DNA from: Candidatus Rokuibacteriota bacterium
Lineage (GTDB): Bacteria > Methylomirabilota > Methylomirabilia > Rokubacteriales > CSP1-6
DNA: 20,019 nt
NCBI GenBank assembly: GCA_016184305.1
Contig: JACPCX010000130.1
Coordinates: 1-20,019, forward strand
Reading direction: 5' to 3'
Positions 8,689 to 17,436 of this stretch are shown here, in pieces. The notes beneath the pieces were generated by a model. It did no database searches, had not been told where the DNA came from, and worked only from the letters and a program-made list of their open reading frames with translations. The position numbers and the translations under genes are program-made. The stretch's first letter is position 1. Each line of letters opens with the position of its first letter.

Positions 8689-10069
8689 GGCCCCGGCGCG
8701 CGTGCTCGTCGTCGACGACGAAGAGAACATGGTGCATGTCCTGACCAAGCTCCTCCGGGGCGAGGGGTTCGAGGTCGAGGGCGCTGGGACGGGGGAAGCG
8801 GCCCTCGAGAAGCTGCGGGCCGGACCGTTCGAGCTGGTGCTCACCGATCTGAAGCTGCCCGACACCGACGGGATCGAGATCCTCAAAGCCGCCCGGGAGC
8901 TCCACCCCGAAACCGTGGTGGTTCTCATCACGGCCTTCGGCACGATCGGGTCGGCGATCGAGGCCATGCGGGCGGGCGCCTACGACTACGTGACCAAGCC
9001 GTTCCGGGCCGGCGAGATCCTCCAGGCGGTGGAGAAGGCGTTCGAGCGGGTGCGGCTGAGGCGGGAGGTCGCCCTGCTGCGCCAGGCCGTGAAGGAGCGC
9101 TTCGCGTTCGCGAGCCTGGTCGGCAAGAGCCCGAAGATGCAGGACGTCTATACCCAGATCGAGAAGCTCGCGGCCAGCCGCGGCGCCGTCCTCATCCAGG
9201 GAGAGAGCGGGACGGGCAAAGAGCTGGTGGCCAAGGCGATTCACTTCAATGGCCCGCGGAAATCGGGGCCGTTCGTGGTGATCAACTGCGGGGCCATCCC
9301 CGAAGCCCTCCAGGAGAGCGAGCTCTTCGGCCACGAGCGGGGGGCCTTCACGGGCGCCATCGCGGCCAAGAAGGGGCTCTTCGAGGAGGCGCACGGAGGC
9401 TCGCTCTTCCTGGACGAGGTGGCGGAGATGGCCCCGGGGCTTCAGGCCAAGCTCCTCCGCGTCCTGCAGGACGGGGAGCTCCGGCGTGTGGGGGCCACCA
9501 GGACGCTCCGCGTGGACACCCGTGTCATCGCAGCCACCAACCACGACCTCGCCGCCGAGGCCAGGGAGGGAGCCTTCCGGCAGGATCTCTACTATCGCCT
9601 GAATGTGTTTCCCGTCTTCCTCGCCCCGCTCCGGGAAAGGGCCGAGGATCTCCCCCTGCTCGTCGACCACTTCCTCCAGCGCTTCGCCCGTGAGGGCGGC
9701 CGGCCACCCAAGCGATTCTCCGCCGAGGCGCTCCGGGCGATGGTGGTCTACCCGTGGCCGGGCAACGTGCGCGAGCTGGAGCACGCCGTGGAGCGGGCGG
9801 TGCTCCTGAGCGAAGGGGAGGTGATCGGTCCCGGGGACCTTCCTCCGGAGATCCTGGAGCCCCAAGACGAGCTGACCCTGCCCCTGCCGAACCCGACCGT
9901 GGGATTCAAGGAGACCATGGCGCGTGTGGTTCGCGATGCGGAGGTGAAGCTCATCCGCCGGGCGCTCGCCCAGACGAGCAACAACCGGACGCAGGCGGCC
10001 CGGCTCCTCGGCATCAGCCGGCGCGCCCTGCTCTACAAGCTGAACGAGTACAGCCTCAGGCGTTCCTGA
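8681..10069 (+). CDS. Sigma54-dependent response regulator (NtrC/AtoC family: REC-AAA+-Fis HTH)
   Basis: ATG 8681 overlaps the kinase stop; VLVVDDE, LTDLKLP (phospho-Asp), GESGTGKE, GAFTGA, FLDEV, C-terminal HTH NRTQAARLLGISRRALLYKL. Confidence 0.96.
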   Translation: MTEAPARVLVVDDEENMVHVLTKLLRGEGFEVEGAGTGEAALEKLRAGPFELVLTDLKLPDTDGIEILKAARELHPETVVVLITAFGTIGSAIEAMRAGAYDYVTKPFRAGEILQAVEKAFERVRLRREVALLRQAVKERFAFASLVGKSPKMQDVYTQIEKLAASRGAVLIQGESGTGKELVAKAIHFNGPRKSGPFVVINCGAIPEALQESELFGHERGAFTGAIAAKKGLFEEAHGGSLFLDEVAEMAPGLQAKLLRVLQDGELRRVGATRTLRVDTRVIAATNHDLAAEAREGAFRQDLYYRLNVFPVFLAPLRERAEDLPLLVDHFLQRFAREGGRPPKRFSAEALRAMVVYPWPGNVRELEHAVERAVLLSEGEVIGPGDLPPEILEPQDELTLPLPNPTVGFKETMARVVRDAEVKLIRRALAQTSNNRTQAARLLGISRRALLYKLNEYSLRRS

Positions 10070-10199
10070 CGGTCTACCGCCCAAGGCTGTGCAGCGCGTC
10101 TAGGTCGTGTGGCTCATCAAAATAAGGCCCGCGCACTATTGTTGCAGGGGGCCGCATCGGCAAGTATTGCAAAAGGACTCACAGGATCATTTCAGTCCG

Positions 10200-10625
10200 A
10201 TGAGATTCTTCTCGCAGGAGAGCTTCTATGGGATGGCGGTGATGGTCGCCCTGGCCCGTCATGAGCCGGCGCGCCCGGCGGGAATCGAGGAGATTTCCAG
10301 CGTCCAGGATCTCCCCCGCAGCTTCGTCGCCAAGATCCTCCAGAAGCTGGTTCGCGGCGGCCTCGTGACATCCTCCCGCGGCCGCCAGCGCGGCTACACC
10401 CTGGCGGTCCCCGCCGAACGGATCACGGTCAGGGACATCCTGGAGGTCACCGAGGGAGCCGACTTCTTCCACCGCTGCATGTTCCGCAGGCGCTGCGGCG
10501 ATGAGCCCACCTGCTTCCTTCACGGGATCGGCGCGGCCCTCCGGGCCGACCTCGAGGCGAGGCTCAAGAGCCTGATCCTCGCCGATCTGGCTCGCGGCAA
10601 GGACCTCCAGGGGGCCGTCCGATGA
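10200..10625 (+). CDS. Rrf2-family transcriptional regulator with Fe-S ligand motif
   Basis: 141 aa from ATG 10200; winged HTH signature (FVAKILQKLVRGGLVTSSRGRQRGYTL...ITVRDILEVTEG); C-x5-C-x5-C-x2-H (CMFRRRCGDEPTCFLH). Confidence 0.9.
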   Translation: MRFFSQESFYGMAVMVALARHEPARPAGIEEISSVQDLPRSFVAKILQKLVRGGLVTSSRGRQRGYTLAVPAERITVRDILEVTEGADFFHRCMFRRRCGDEPTCFLHGIGAALRADLEARLKSLILADLARGKDLQGAVR

Positions 10626-10638
10626 AGGAACGGCGCGC

Positions 10639-11544
10639 ATGCTGATCCGATTGCGCCTCGATCCCCGCCTCCTGGAGGAGGTCGTCCAACTCGAGCTCAG
10701 GCGGCGGCAGGAGGGAGGGGACGCGAGTGTCTTCGATGAGTACCATCGCGAGGCCGACTCCCTGTACAAGCGGGCCCCGGAGCACCGGGACGGCGAGTTC
10801 GCCGCGCTCCACCGGCGGCTGTTCCGGAAGGTGGGCTTCGAGGGGCGCATCACCGAGGCCCTCTCGGCGCAGCGCGGGGAATTGGCGGAGCTCGAGTCAC
10901 TCACGTGCCTCCGCACCCTCAGGCCGGAGGACGAGGGCGCCGACCTCGCCGGCCCGGTCGCCCCCGCAACCGGCCGGGCCGCCGTGGTGAGGATCCGCGC
11001 GGCGCGCTTCCTCGCTCTCGACGACCTCGGACGCTTTCTCGATCACGAGCTCGTTCACGTGGGCGATCTGCTGAGCGAGGCCTTCGGCCACGACCCCGGG
11101 TCCCTCACCGCCATCTCGCCGCACCGCCGCCGCCTGGTCCAGGAGCGCTACCGCGCCGCGTGGGGGACATGCGTGGACGGGCGGCTCAGCCGGCACGGGA
11201 GGCGCTCGCTCGCCGGGCGAGGGGAGCACCGCGAGGCGCTCCACCGCTGCTTCCCGGCCCTGTCTGACCTCGAGCTGGACGGGCTGCTGGATCGGCTGTG
11301 GAACGACGAGAGGCCGACCCACGCGCGGCTCCTGGCTGTGGCTGTGGGGCGCGGGCCGCGCGAGCCCCATCAGCCTGGGGCGCCCTGCCCGCTCTGCGGC
11401 TTCCCGACTCACGACTGGACGGATGTGACAGACGATGCGCTGATCCGCGCGATCCACCTGGACGTGCCCGACTGGGAGCCCGATCACGGGCTCTGCGAGC
11501 GCTGCTTCGAGATGTACGAGCTCAGATCACTGACACAGGCCTGA
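10639..11544 (+). CDS. Hypothetical protein with HExxH motif and C-terminal CxxC...CxxC
   Basis: 301 aa, packed tightly between the Rrf2 gene and nxrA; FLDHELVHV, CPLC and CERC motifs. Confidence 0.75.
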   Translation: MLIRLRLDPRLLEEVVQLELRRRQEGGDASVFDEYHREADSLYKRAPEHRDGEFAALHRRLFRKVGFEGRITEALSAQRGELAELESLTCLRTLRPEDEGADLAGPVAPATGRAAVVRIRAARFLALDDLGRFLDHELVHVGDLLSEAFGHDPGSLTAISPHRRRLVQERYRAAWGTCVDGRLSRHGRRSLAGRGEHREALHRCFPALSDLELDGLLDRLWNDERPTHARLLAVAVGRGPREPHQPGAPCPLCGFPTHDWTDVTDDALIRAIHLDVPDWEPDHGLCERCFEMYELRSLTQA

Positions 11545-11555
11545 AGGAGGCACTC

Positions 11556-14500
11556 ATGGACGTAAGTCGGCGCGACTTCCTGAAGACGGGGCTCACCGCG
11601 GGTGCCGTGCTGGGGTGGAGCCAGCCGACCCTGGCGCTGGCGGCCCTCGCCCCGGCAGTCGAGGTGGGCAATCCCCTGGAGGTCTACCCGGCGCGCGACT
11701 GGGAGAAGGTGTACCGCGACCAGTACCGCTACGACTCGTCCTTCACGTGGGTCTGCTCGCCCAATTGCACCCACGAGTGCCGGCTGCGGGCCTTCGTGCG
11801 CAACGGCGTCTTCCTCCGGAGCGAGCAGAACTACGACTCGCACAAGGTCGGCGACATGATGGGCAACACGGCCACTCCCTCGTGGAACCCGCGCGGCTGC
11901 CTCAACGGCTTCACCTTCCAGCGCCGCGTCTACGGGCCGTACCGGCTCCGGTACCCGATGATCCGCAAGGGCTGGAAGCAGTGGGCGGACGACGGCTTTC
12001 CGGAGCTCACCGCCGAGACCAAGACCAAGTACAAGTTCGACGCGCGCGGGCAGGACGAACTGCTCCGGGCCACATGGGACGAGGCCTATACCTACGCCGC
12101 CAAGGGAATGATGGCGATCGCCAAGCGCTACAGCGGGGATGAGGGCAAGAAGCGGCTCCTGGCCCAGGGCTACCCCGAGGAGATGTTCACCCACTGGGAC
12201 GGGGCCGGCACCCGCACCTTCAAGTGCCGGGGCGGGATGGGGCTCCTCGGCGTCATCGGGAAATACGGCATGTACCGCTTCGCCAACACCCTGGCGCTGC
12301 TCGACACCCACGTGCGCGGCGTGGGGCCGGACAAGGCCCGGGGCGGACGGAACTGGTCCAACTACACCTGGCACGGCGACCAGGCGCCGGGGCAACCCTT
12401 CGTCCACGGGCTGCAGGCCTCGGATGTGGACTTCAACGAGTTGCGCTTCGCCAAGCTCCACATCGGGATCGGCAAGAATCTCGTGGAGAACAAGCGGGCC
12501 GACAACCACTACTTCATGGAATTGATGGAGCGCGGCGCCAAGATCGTCTGCATCGTGCCGGAGTACAGCCCGCCCGCCAGCAAGGCGGACTACTGGATCC
12601 CGGTGCGGCCCAACTCCGACACGGCGCTCCTGCTGGGCCTCTCCCGCATCCTCATCGACGAGAAGTGGTACGACGCGCCGTACGTGAAGCGCTTCACCGA
12701 CATGCCGCTGCTCGTGCGGACGGACACGCTCAAGCGGCTCAAGCCGGAGGAGATCATTCCCGGCTACACGCAGCCGGACATCAGCCGGGGAGCCAGCATG
12801 ACCCGCCATGGCCTCACCCCCGAGTACCGGAAGAGGGTGGGGGACTTCGTGGTGTGGGACGCGAAGACGAACGCGCCCCGGGCCATCACCCGCGACGACT
12901 TGGGCGACCGGATGACCGAGAAGGGCATCGACCCGGTCCTCGATGGGCGCTTCACCGTGAAGACCGCGGACGGCAAGCAGGTCGAGGTGATGCCGCTCTT
13001 CGAGGCCTACAAGATCCACCTCAAGGACTACGACCTCGACACGGTCCACGAGATCACCCACGCCCCGAAGGACCTGATCCGGCGCCTGGCCAAGGACATC
13101 GCCACCATCAAGCCGGTGGCCATCCACATCGGCGAGGGGATCAACCACTGGTTCCACGCCACCCAGGTCAACCGGGCCACCTACCTGCCGCTCATGCTCA
13201 CCGGGAACGTGGGCGTCATGGGCTCGGGCTCCCACACCTGGGCCGGGAACTACAAGGCCGCGCTCTTCCAGGGCTCGGAGGAGACGGGGCCGGGCTTCAA
13301 GGGGTGGGTCGCCGAGGACCCCTTCAACCCGAACCTCGACCCGGCGGCCGACGGCAAGACCATCCGCGAGCGCGGCTACGCCTCCGAAGAGGAGGTCGCC
13401 TACTGGGCCCACGGCGACAAGCCGCTCATCGTCAACACGCCCAAGTACGGCCGCAAGGTCTTCACGGGCACGACCCACATGCCCACCCCCACCAAGGTCA
13501 TGTGGTTCACCAACGTGAACCTCATCAACAATGCCAAGTGGGTCTACGAGCTGATCAAGAACATCAACCCGAACGTCGAGCTGATCATGTCCACCGACAT
13601 CGAGATGACGGCCTCCTGCGAGTACGCCGACATCGTGCTGGCGGCCAACTCGTGGGTGGAGATGGAGCGCTACGAGGTCACGGGGTCCTGCTCGAACCCG
13701 TTCCTGCAGATCTGGAAGGGCGGGATCAAGCCCATCTACGACACGCGGGACGATCAGCTGATCCTGGCCCAGATGGCGACCAAGCTGGGCGAGCTGCTCA
13801 ACGACCGCCGCTTCGCCGACTACTGGAAGTTCTCGCTCGAGGGCAAGACCGAGGTCTACATCCAGCGGCTGCTGGACTCCTCGACCACCGCGCGCGGTTA
13901 CAAGGTCTCCGACATCCTGGCCGGCAAGTACGGCGAGCCCGGGGTGGCGCTCTTCCTCTTCCGCACCTATCCGCGCGAGCCCTTCTGGGAGCAGATCAAG
14001 GAGTCGCTGCCGTTCTTCACGCCGACGGGGCGGCTGCAGGCCTACAACGACGAGCCCGAGATCATCCAGTACGGGGAGAACTTCATCGTCCACAGAGAGG
14101 GCCCGGAGGCCACGCCGTACCTGCCCAACGCCATCGTCTCCACCAACCCGCTGATCAGGCCCGACGACTACGGCATCCCGCGGGACCACGTGGGCTGGGA
14201 GGAGCGCACCGTCCGCAACCTGAAGCTGCCCTGGGCGGAGGTGAAGGCGACCCAGAACCCGCTCTGGGCCAGGGGCTACAAGTTCTTCTGCCTCACCCCC
14301 AAGACGCGGCATGCGACGCACTCCCAGTGGCAGGTGACCGACTGGCACCTCATCTGGAACAACCAGTTCGGCGACCCGTACCGCATGGACAAGCGATCCC
14401 CCGGCATCGGCGAGCACACCCTGCACATCAACCCGCAGGCGGCGAAGGACCTCGAGATCAACGACGGCGACTACGTCTACGTGGACGCCAACCCGGCGGA

Positions 14501-15008
14501 CCGGCCCTATATCGGCTGGAAGCCCAACGACGCCTTCTACAAGGTCACGCGACTCATGCTGCGGGCGAAGTACAACCCGGCCTACCCCTACAACGTGGTC
14601 ATGATGAAGCACGCGCCCTTCATCGCGACGGAGCGCAGCGTGAAGGCCCACGAGAGCCGCCCCGACGGGCGGGCGCTGTCGGCCGGCACCGGGTACCAGT
14701 CCTCCTTCCGTTACGGCTCCCAGCAGTCCATCACGCGCTCCTGGCTCATGCCCATGCATCAGCTCGACAGCCTCTTCCACAAGAAGAAGGCGCACCAGAG
14801 CTTCGTGTGGGGCTTCGAGGGCGACAACCACGGCGTCAACACCGTGCCCAAGGAGACGCTGGTGAAGGTCGCCAAGGCCGAGGATGGGGGCATAGGCGGC
14901 AAGGGGGTCTGGGCCCCCGCCACCACCGGGTTCACCCCGGGCAAGGAGAGCGACTTCATGAAGCGCTACCTGGCGGGCGACGTCTCGCCCGCGAAGCCCA
15001 AGGAATAG
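11556..15008 (+). CDS. nxrA: Periplasmic nitrite oxidoreductase / nitrate reductase alpha subunit (Mo-bisPGD, Nitrospira/anammox-type)
   Basis: SD AAGGAGG then ATG 11556; Tat motif SRRDFLK; WEKVYRDQYRYDSSFTWVCSPN; FS0 motif C-x3-C-x3-C-x39-C; NWSNYTWHGDQAPG containing the Mo-ligand Asp; C-terminal TGYQSSFRYGSQQS and NTVPKETLVK; 1150 aa. Confidence 0.93.
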   Translation: MDVSRRDFLKTGLTAGAVLGWSQPTLALAALAPAVEVGNPLEVYPARDWEKVYRDQYRYDSSFTWVCSPNCTHECRLRAFVRNGVFLRSEQNYDSHKVGDMMGNTATPSWNPRGCLNGFTFQRRVYGPYRLRYPMIRKGWKQWADDGFPELTAETKTKYKFDARGQDELLRATWDEAYTYAAKGMMAIAKRYSGDEGKKRLLAQGYPEEMFTHWDGAGTRTFKCRGGMGLLGVIGKYGMYRFANTLALLDTHVRGVGPDKARGGRNWSNYTWHGDQAPGQPFVHGLQASDVDFNELRFAKLHIGIGKNLVENKRADNHYFMELMERGAKIVCIVPEYSPPASKADYWIPVRPNSDTALLLGLSRILIDEKWYDAPYVKRFTDMPLLVRTDTLKRLKPEEIIPGYTQPDISRGASMTRHGLTPEYRKRVGDFVVWDAKTNAPRAITRDDLGDRMTEKGIDPVLDGRFTVKTADGKQVEVMPLFEAYKIHLKDYDLDTVHEITHAPKDLIRRLAKDIATIKPVAIHIGEGINHWFHATQVNRATYLPLMLTGNVGVMGSGSHTWAGNYKAALFQGSEETGPGFKGWVAEDPFNPNLDPAADGKTIRERGYASEEEVAYWAHGDKPLIVNTPKYGRKVFTGTTHMPTPTKVMWFTNVNLINNAKWVYELIKNINPNVELIMSTDIEMTASCEYADIVLAANSWVEMERYEVTGSCSNPFLQIWKGGIKPIYDTRDDQLILAQMATKLGELLNDRRFADYWKFSLEGKTEVYIQRLLDSSTTARGYKVSDILAGKYGEPGVALFLFRTYPREPFWEQIKESLPFFTPTGRLQAYNDEPEIIQYGENFIVHREGPEATPYLPNAIVSTNPLIRPDDYGIPRDHVGWEERTVRNLKLPWAEVKATQNPLWARGYKFFCLTPKTRHATHSQWQVTDWHLIWNNQFGDPYRMDKRSPGIGEHTLHINPQAAKDLEINDGDYVYVDANPADRPYIGWKPNDAFYKVTRLMLRAKYNPAYPYNVVMMKHAPFIATERSVKAHESRPDGRALSAGTGYQSSFRYGSQQSITRSWLMPMHQLDSLFHKKKAHQSFVWGFEGDNHGVNTVPKETLVKVAKAEDGGIGGKGVWAPATTGFTPGKESDFMKRYLAGDVSPAKPKE

Positions 15009-15016
15009 AGGCGCTC

Positions 15017-15400
15017 ATGGCCGAGAAGGAGTTCGAGCCTGGCGACCCCATGGGGCTGGTCGGGATCGGCGTACCCGAGGGGGAGCCCGACCTCATGGCG
15101 GAGTGCCTCGTGGAGGAGTACGTGCGCCTCGGCACCTCCGACGCCCAGCTGCTGGCCATCTTCACGAACCCGTTCTTCGCCGGGGCGTACGCGCTCTACC
15201 GGGCCCGGGGCGAGGACCACCTCAAGTCAGTGATCGAGCGGGTGCGCGCCCAGTGGGGCCGGCCCCGCTTCACCACGACCGAAGTGGGAGGCCCCGACAT
15301 GGCCCCCCACGCCCCCCAACGCTCGGAAGCGCCCCGGCAAAGCCGCGGCGCTCCTCGGCGCCGCGATTCGTTCACTGACTCTGAATCCACGGAGGCCTGA
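15017..15400 (+). CDS. Small hypothetical protein between the alpha and beta subunit genes
   Basis: ATG 15017 after GAGG, 8 nt past the nxrA stop; 127 aa (EFEPGDPMGLVG...MAECLVEEYVRLG...FTNPFFAG); ends 3 nt before nxrB. Confidence 0.75.
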   Translation: MAEKEFEPGDPMGLVGIGVPEGEPDLMAECLVEEYVRLGTSDAQLLAIFTNPFFAGAYALYRARGEDHLKSVIERVRAQWGRPRFTTTEVGGPDMAPHAPQRSEAPRQSRGAPRRRDSFTDSESTEA

Positions 15401-15403
15401 AAC

Positions 15404-16670
15404 ATGCCGCAGGTCTACAACTGGCAGCTCGGGCGGAAGATGGAGTACCCGTACGAGGAGCGCCATCCGAAGTCGCAGTTCGCCTTCGTCTTCAACACCA
15501 ACCGCTGCATCGCCTGCCAGACCTGCACCATGGCGTGCAAGTCCACCTGGACCTTCGGCAAGGGCCAGGAGGCCATGTGGTGGAATAACGTGGAGACCAA
15601 GCCGTACGGCGGCTACCCGCAGTTCTGGGACATCAAGGCCCTCAAGCTGCTGGACGACGCCCACCAGAAGGCCGGCGCGACCATGGGCTGGGAGACCGGG
15701 AAGCCGGGCCCGTCCAAGCCGTACGGCGAGTACTCGGGGATGACGCTCTTCGAGGCGGCCCGGCAGCGCTACGGCCCCGAGGGGCATCAGCGTGTGCTGG
15801 GCTACCTCCCCACCGACGAGGAGTGGCGCTTCCCCAACATCTACGAGGACACCTCCACCGCCTACCAGGGCGGCCGGCTCGGCATCAGCGCCGAGGGCGC
15901 GAGCCTGCCGGAGCACAAGAGCTGGTTCTTCTACCTCCAGCGACTCTGCAACCACTGCACCTACCCCGCCTGCCTCGCCGCGTGCCCGCGCAAGGCCATC
16001 TACAAGCGGCCGGAGGACGGCATCGTCCTCATCGACCAGGAGCGCTGCCGAGGCTACCGGGCCTGCGTCGAAGCCTGTCCCTACAAGAAGCCCATGTACC
16101 GCCCGACGACCCGCGTCAGCGAGAAGTGCGTGGCCTGCTACCCGCGCATCGAGGGGAAGGATCCACTCTCCGAGGGTGTCCCCATGGAGACCCGCTGCAT
16201 GGCGTGCTGCGTCGGAAAGATCCGGATGCAGGGGCTCGTCAAGACCAACGCCGACGGCTCCTGGGTCGAGGACCGGCAGCATCCGCTCTACTACATGGTC
16301 AAGATCGAGAAGGTGGCGCTGCCGCTCTACCCCCAGTTCGGCACCGAGCCCAACGGCTACTACATCCCGCCGCGCTGGGTCCCGCGCCCCTACCTCCGGC
16401 AGATGTTCGGACGAGGCGATCGACAAGTACACGGCGCCCTCGCGGGAGCTGCTGGCCGTCCTCCAGCTCTTCCGCAGCACCCAGAAGATGCTCTTCCGCT
16501 ACGAGATCAAGCAGGGCCCGAAGGTGTACGAGACGACCGTCAACGGCAGGCCCTGGGCCATGTACAACGACACGATCATCGGCTACGACGCCAGGGGGCG
16601 CGAGGCGGTGCGCGTCACCGTCGAGGAGCCCGTACACGTCCGCCCGGCGCAGTACGCCAACTCCATCTGA
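15404..16670 (+). CDS. nxrB: Nitrite oxidoreductase / nitrate reductase beta (Fe-S) subunit, apparent frameshift at about 16410
   Basis: N-terminus MPQVYNWQLGRKMEYPYEE; Cys groups CIACQTCTMAC, CNHCTYPACLAAC, CRGYRACVEAC, CVACYP...CMACC. The homologous C-terminus (EAIDKYTAPSRELLAVLQLF...YNDTIIGY) continues in the +1 frame to TGA 16668-16670. Confidence 0.9.
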
Positions 16671-16680
16671 GGCCCATGCC

Positions 16681-17436
16681 ATGACGGTCGAGACCCAGGC
16701 GCCGGCGGAAGACGCGGCGCGCGCCCTCGTCAGGAGCCAGATCTACCGGACGCTCGCGCTGGCCTTCCGCCATCCGGACGCAGACAACGCGGCCGCCCTG
16801 GCGGAGGTGACCCCGGCGCTCGCCGGGGCTTCCGAGGGACGCATGCCGGAGCCGGTCCGGGAGGCGCTGTCGGGTCTGGAGGCGGCGCTCCAGGGCGTGA
16901 CGCTGGAGAGCCTGCAGGAGCAGTACGTCGAGACGTTCGGGCACGTGACGGTGCCCGACTGCCCGCTGTACGAGACGGCCTGCGGGATGGGGGACCCCTT
17001 CCTCCAGCCGCAGACGCTCGCCGACCTGGCCGGCTTTTACCGGGCCTTCGGGCTCGAGATGGCCGGGGACGCGCGCGAGCGCGCCGATCACCTGACCGTC
17101 GAGCTGGAGTTCATGCACTACCTCGCCTATCGCGAGGCCTACGCGCTCGAGCATCACGGGGAGGAGCGGACCGCTGTCGTCCGGGACGCCGAGCGCCGCT
17201 TCCTCGAGGCCCACCTGGGGCGCTGGGCGCCGGTGCTGGCCCGGGCGGTGTCCGCGCGCGCCGAGGGCGCGCTCGGGGCCGCCGCGCGACTGCTCGAGCG
17301 CCTGCTCGCCCACGAGGTGGAGCACTGGGGGATCTCCCCGGCCCCCGTGGTGGTCGAGGGGGCGCCGCTGATGATTCCACCGACCGACGACGACCCTGTT
17401 GACGAGGACGACGACTTCACGGGGAGAGAGCCATGA
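16681..17436 (+). CDS. TorD/DmsD-family molybdoenzyme maturation chaperone
   Basis: 251 aa from ATG 16681; PLYET, LAGFYRAFG, ERADHLTVELEFM, FLEAHLGRW motifs; position after the beta subunit. Confidence 0.9.
   Translation: MTVETQAPAEDAARALVRSQIYRTLALAFRHPDADNAAALAEVTPALAGASEGRMPEPVREALSGLEAALQGVTLESLQEQYVETFGHVTVPDCPLYETACGMGDPFLQPQTLADLAGFYRAFGLEMAGDARERADHLTVELEFMHYLAYREAYALEHHGEERTAVVRDAERRFLEAHLGRWAPVLARAVSARAEGALGAAARLLERLLAHEVEHWGISPAPVVVEGAPLMIPPTDDDPVDEDDDFTGREP

Noticed and set aside
9595..9607. 13-nt antisense match between the repeat tail (CACATTCAGGCGA) and the response regulator gene
   Set aside because: Short, falls in the conserved YRLNV coding motif and is plausibly chance; insufficient for an sRNA-target claim.
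10128..10172. Second sigma54 promoter before the Rrf2 gene (GCGCACTATTGTTGCA; CGGCAAGTATTGCA)
   Set aside because: The first lacks the invariant GG at -24; the second has GG-N8-GC spacing instead of N10.
11298..11555. Upstream extensions of ORFs in the track (nxrA from 11298; also 3229, 3608, 4624, 8441, 10107, 15823)
   Set aside because: They overlap upstream genes or promoter regions; SD sites, signal peptides and domain starts support the later starts used.
11484..14831. Long minus-strand ORFs (also 837-3110, 7153-8967, 8564-10084, 15227-16480, 18868-19938) and long off-frame plus ORFs such as 12224-15016
   Set aside because: Shadow ORFs typical of high-GC coding DNA; they overlap well-supported genes and show no recognisable motifs.
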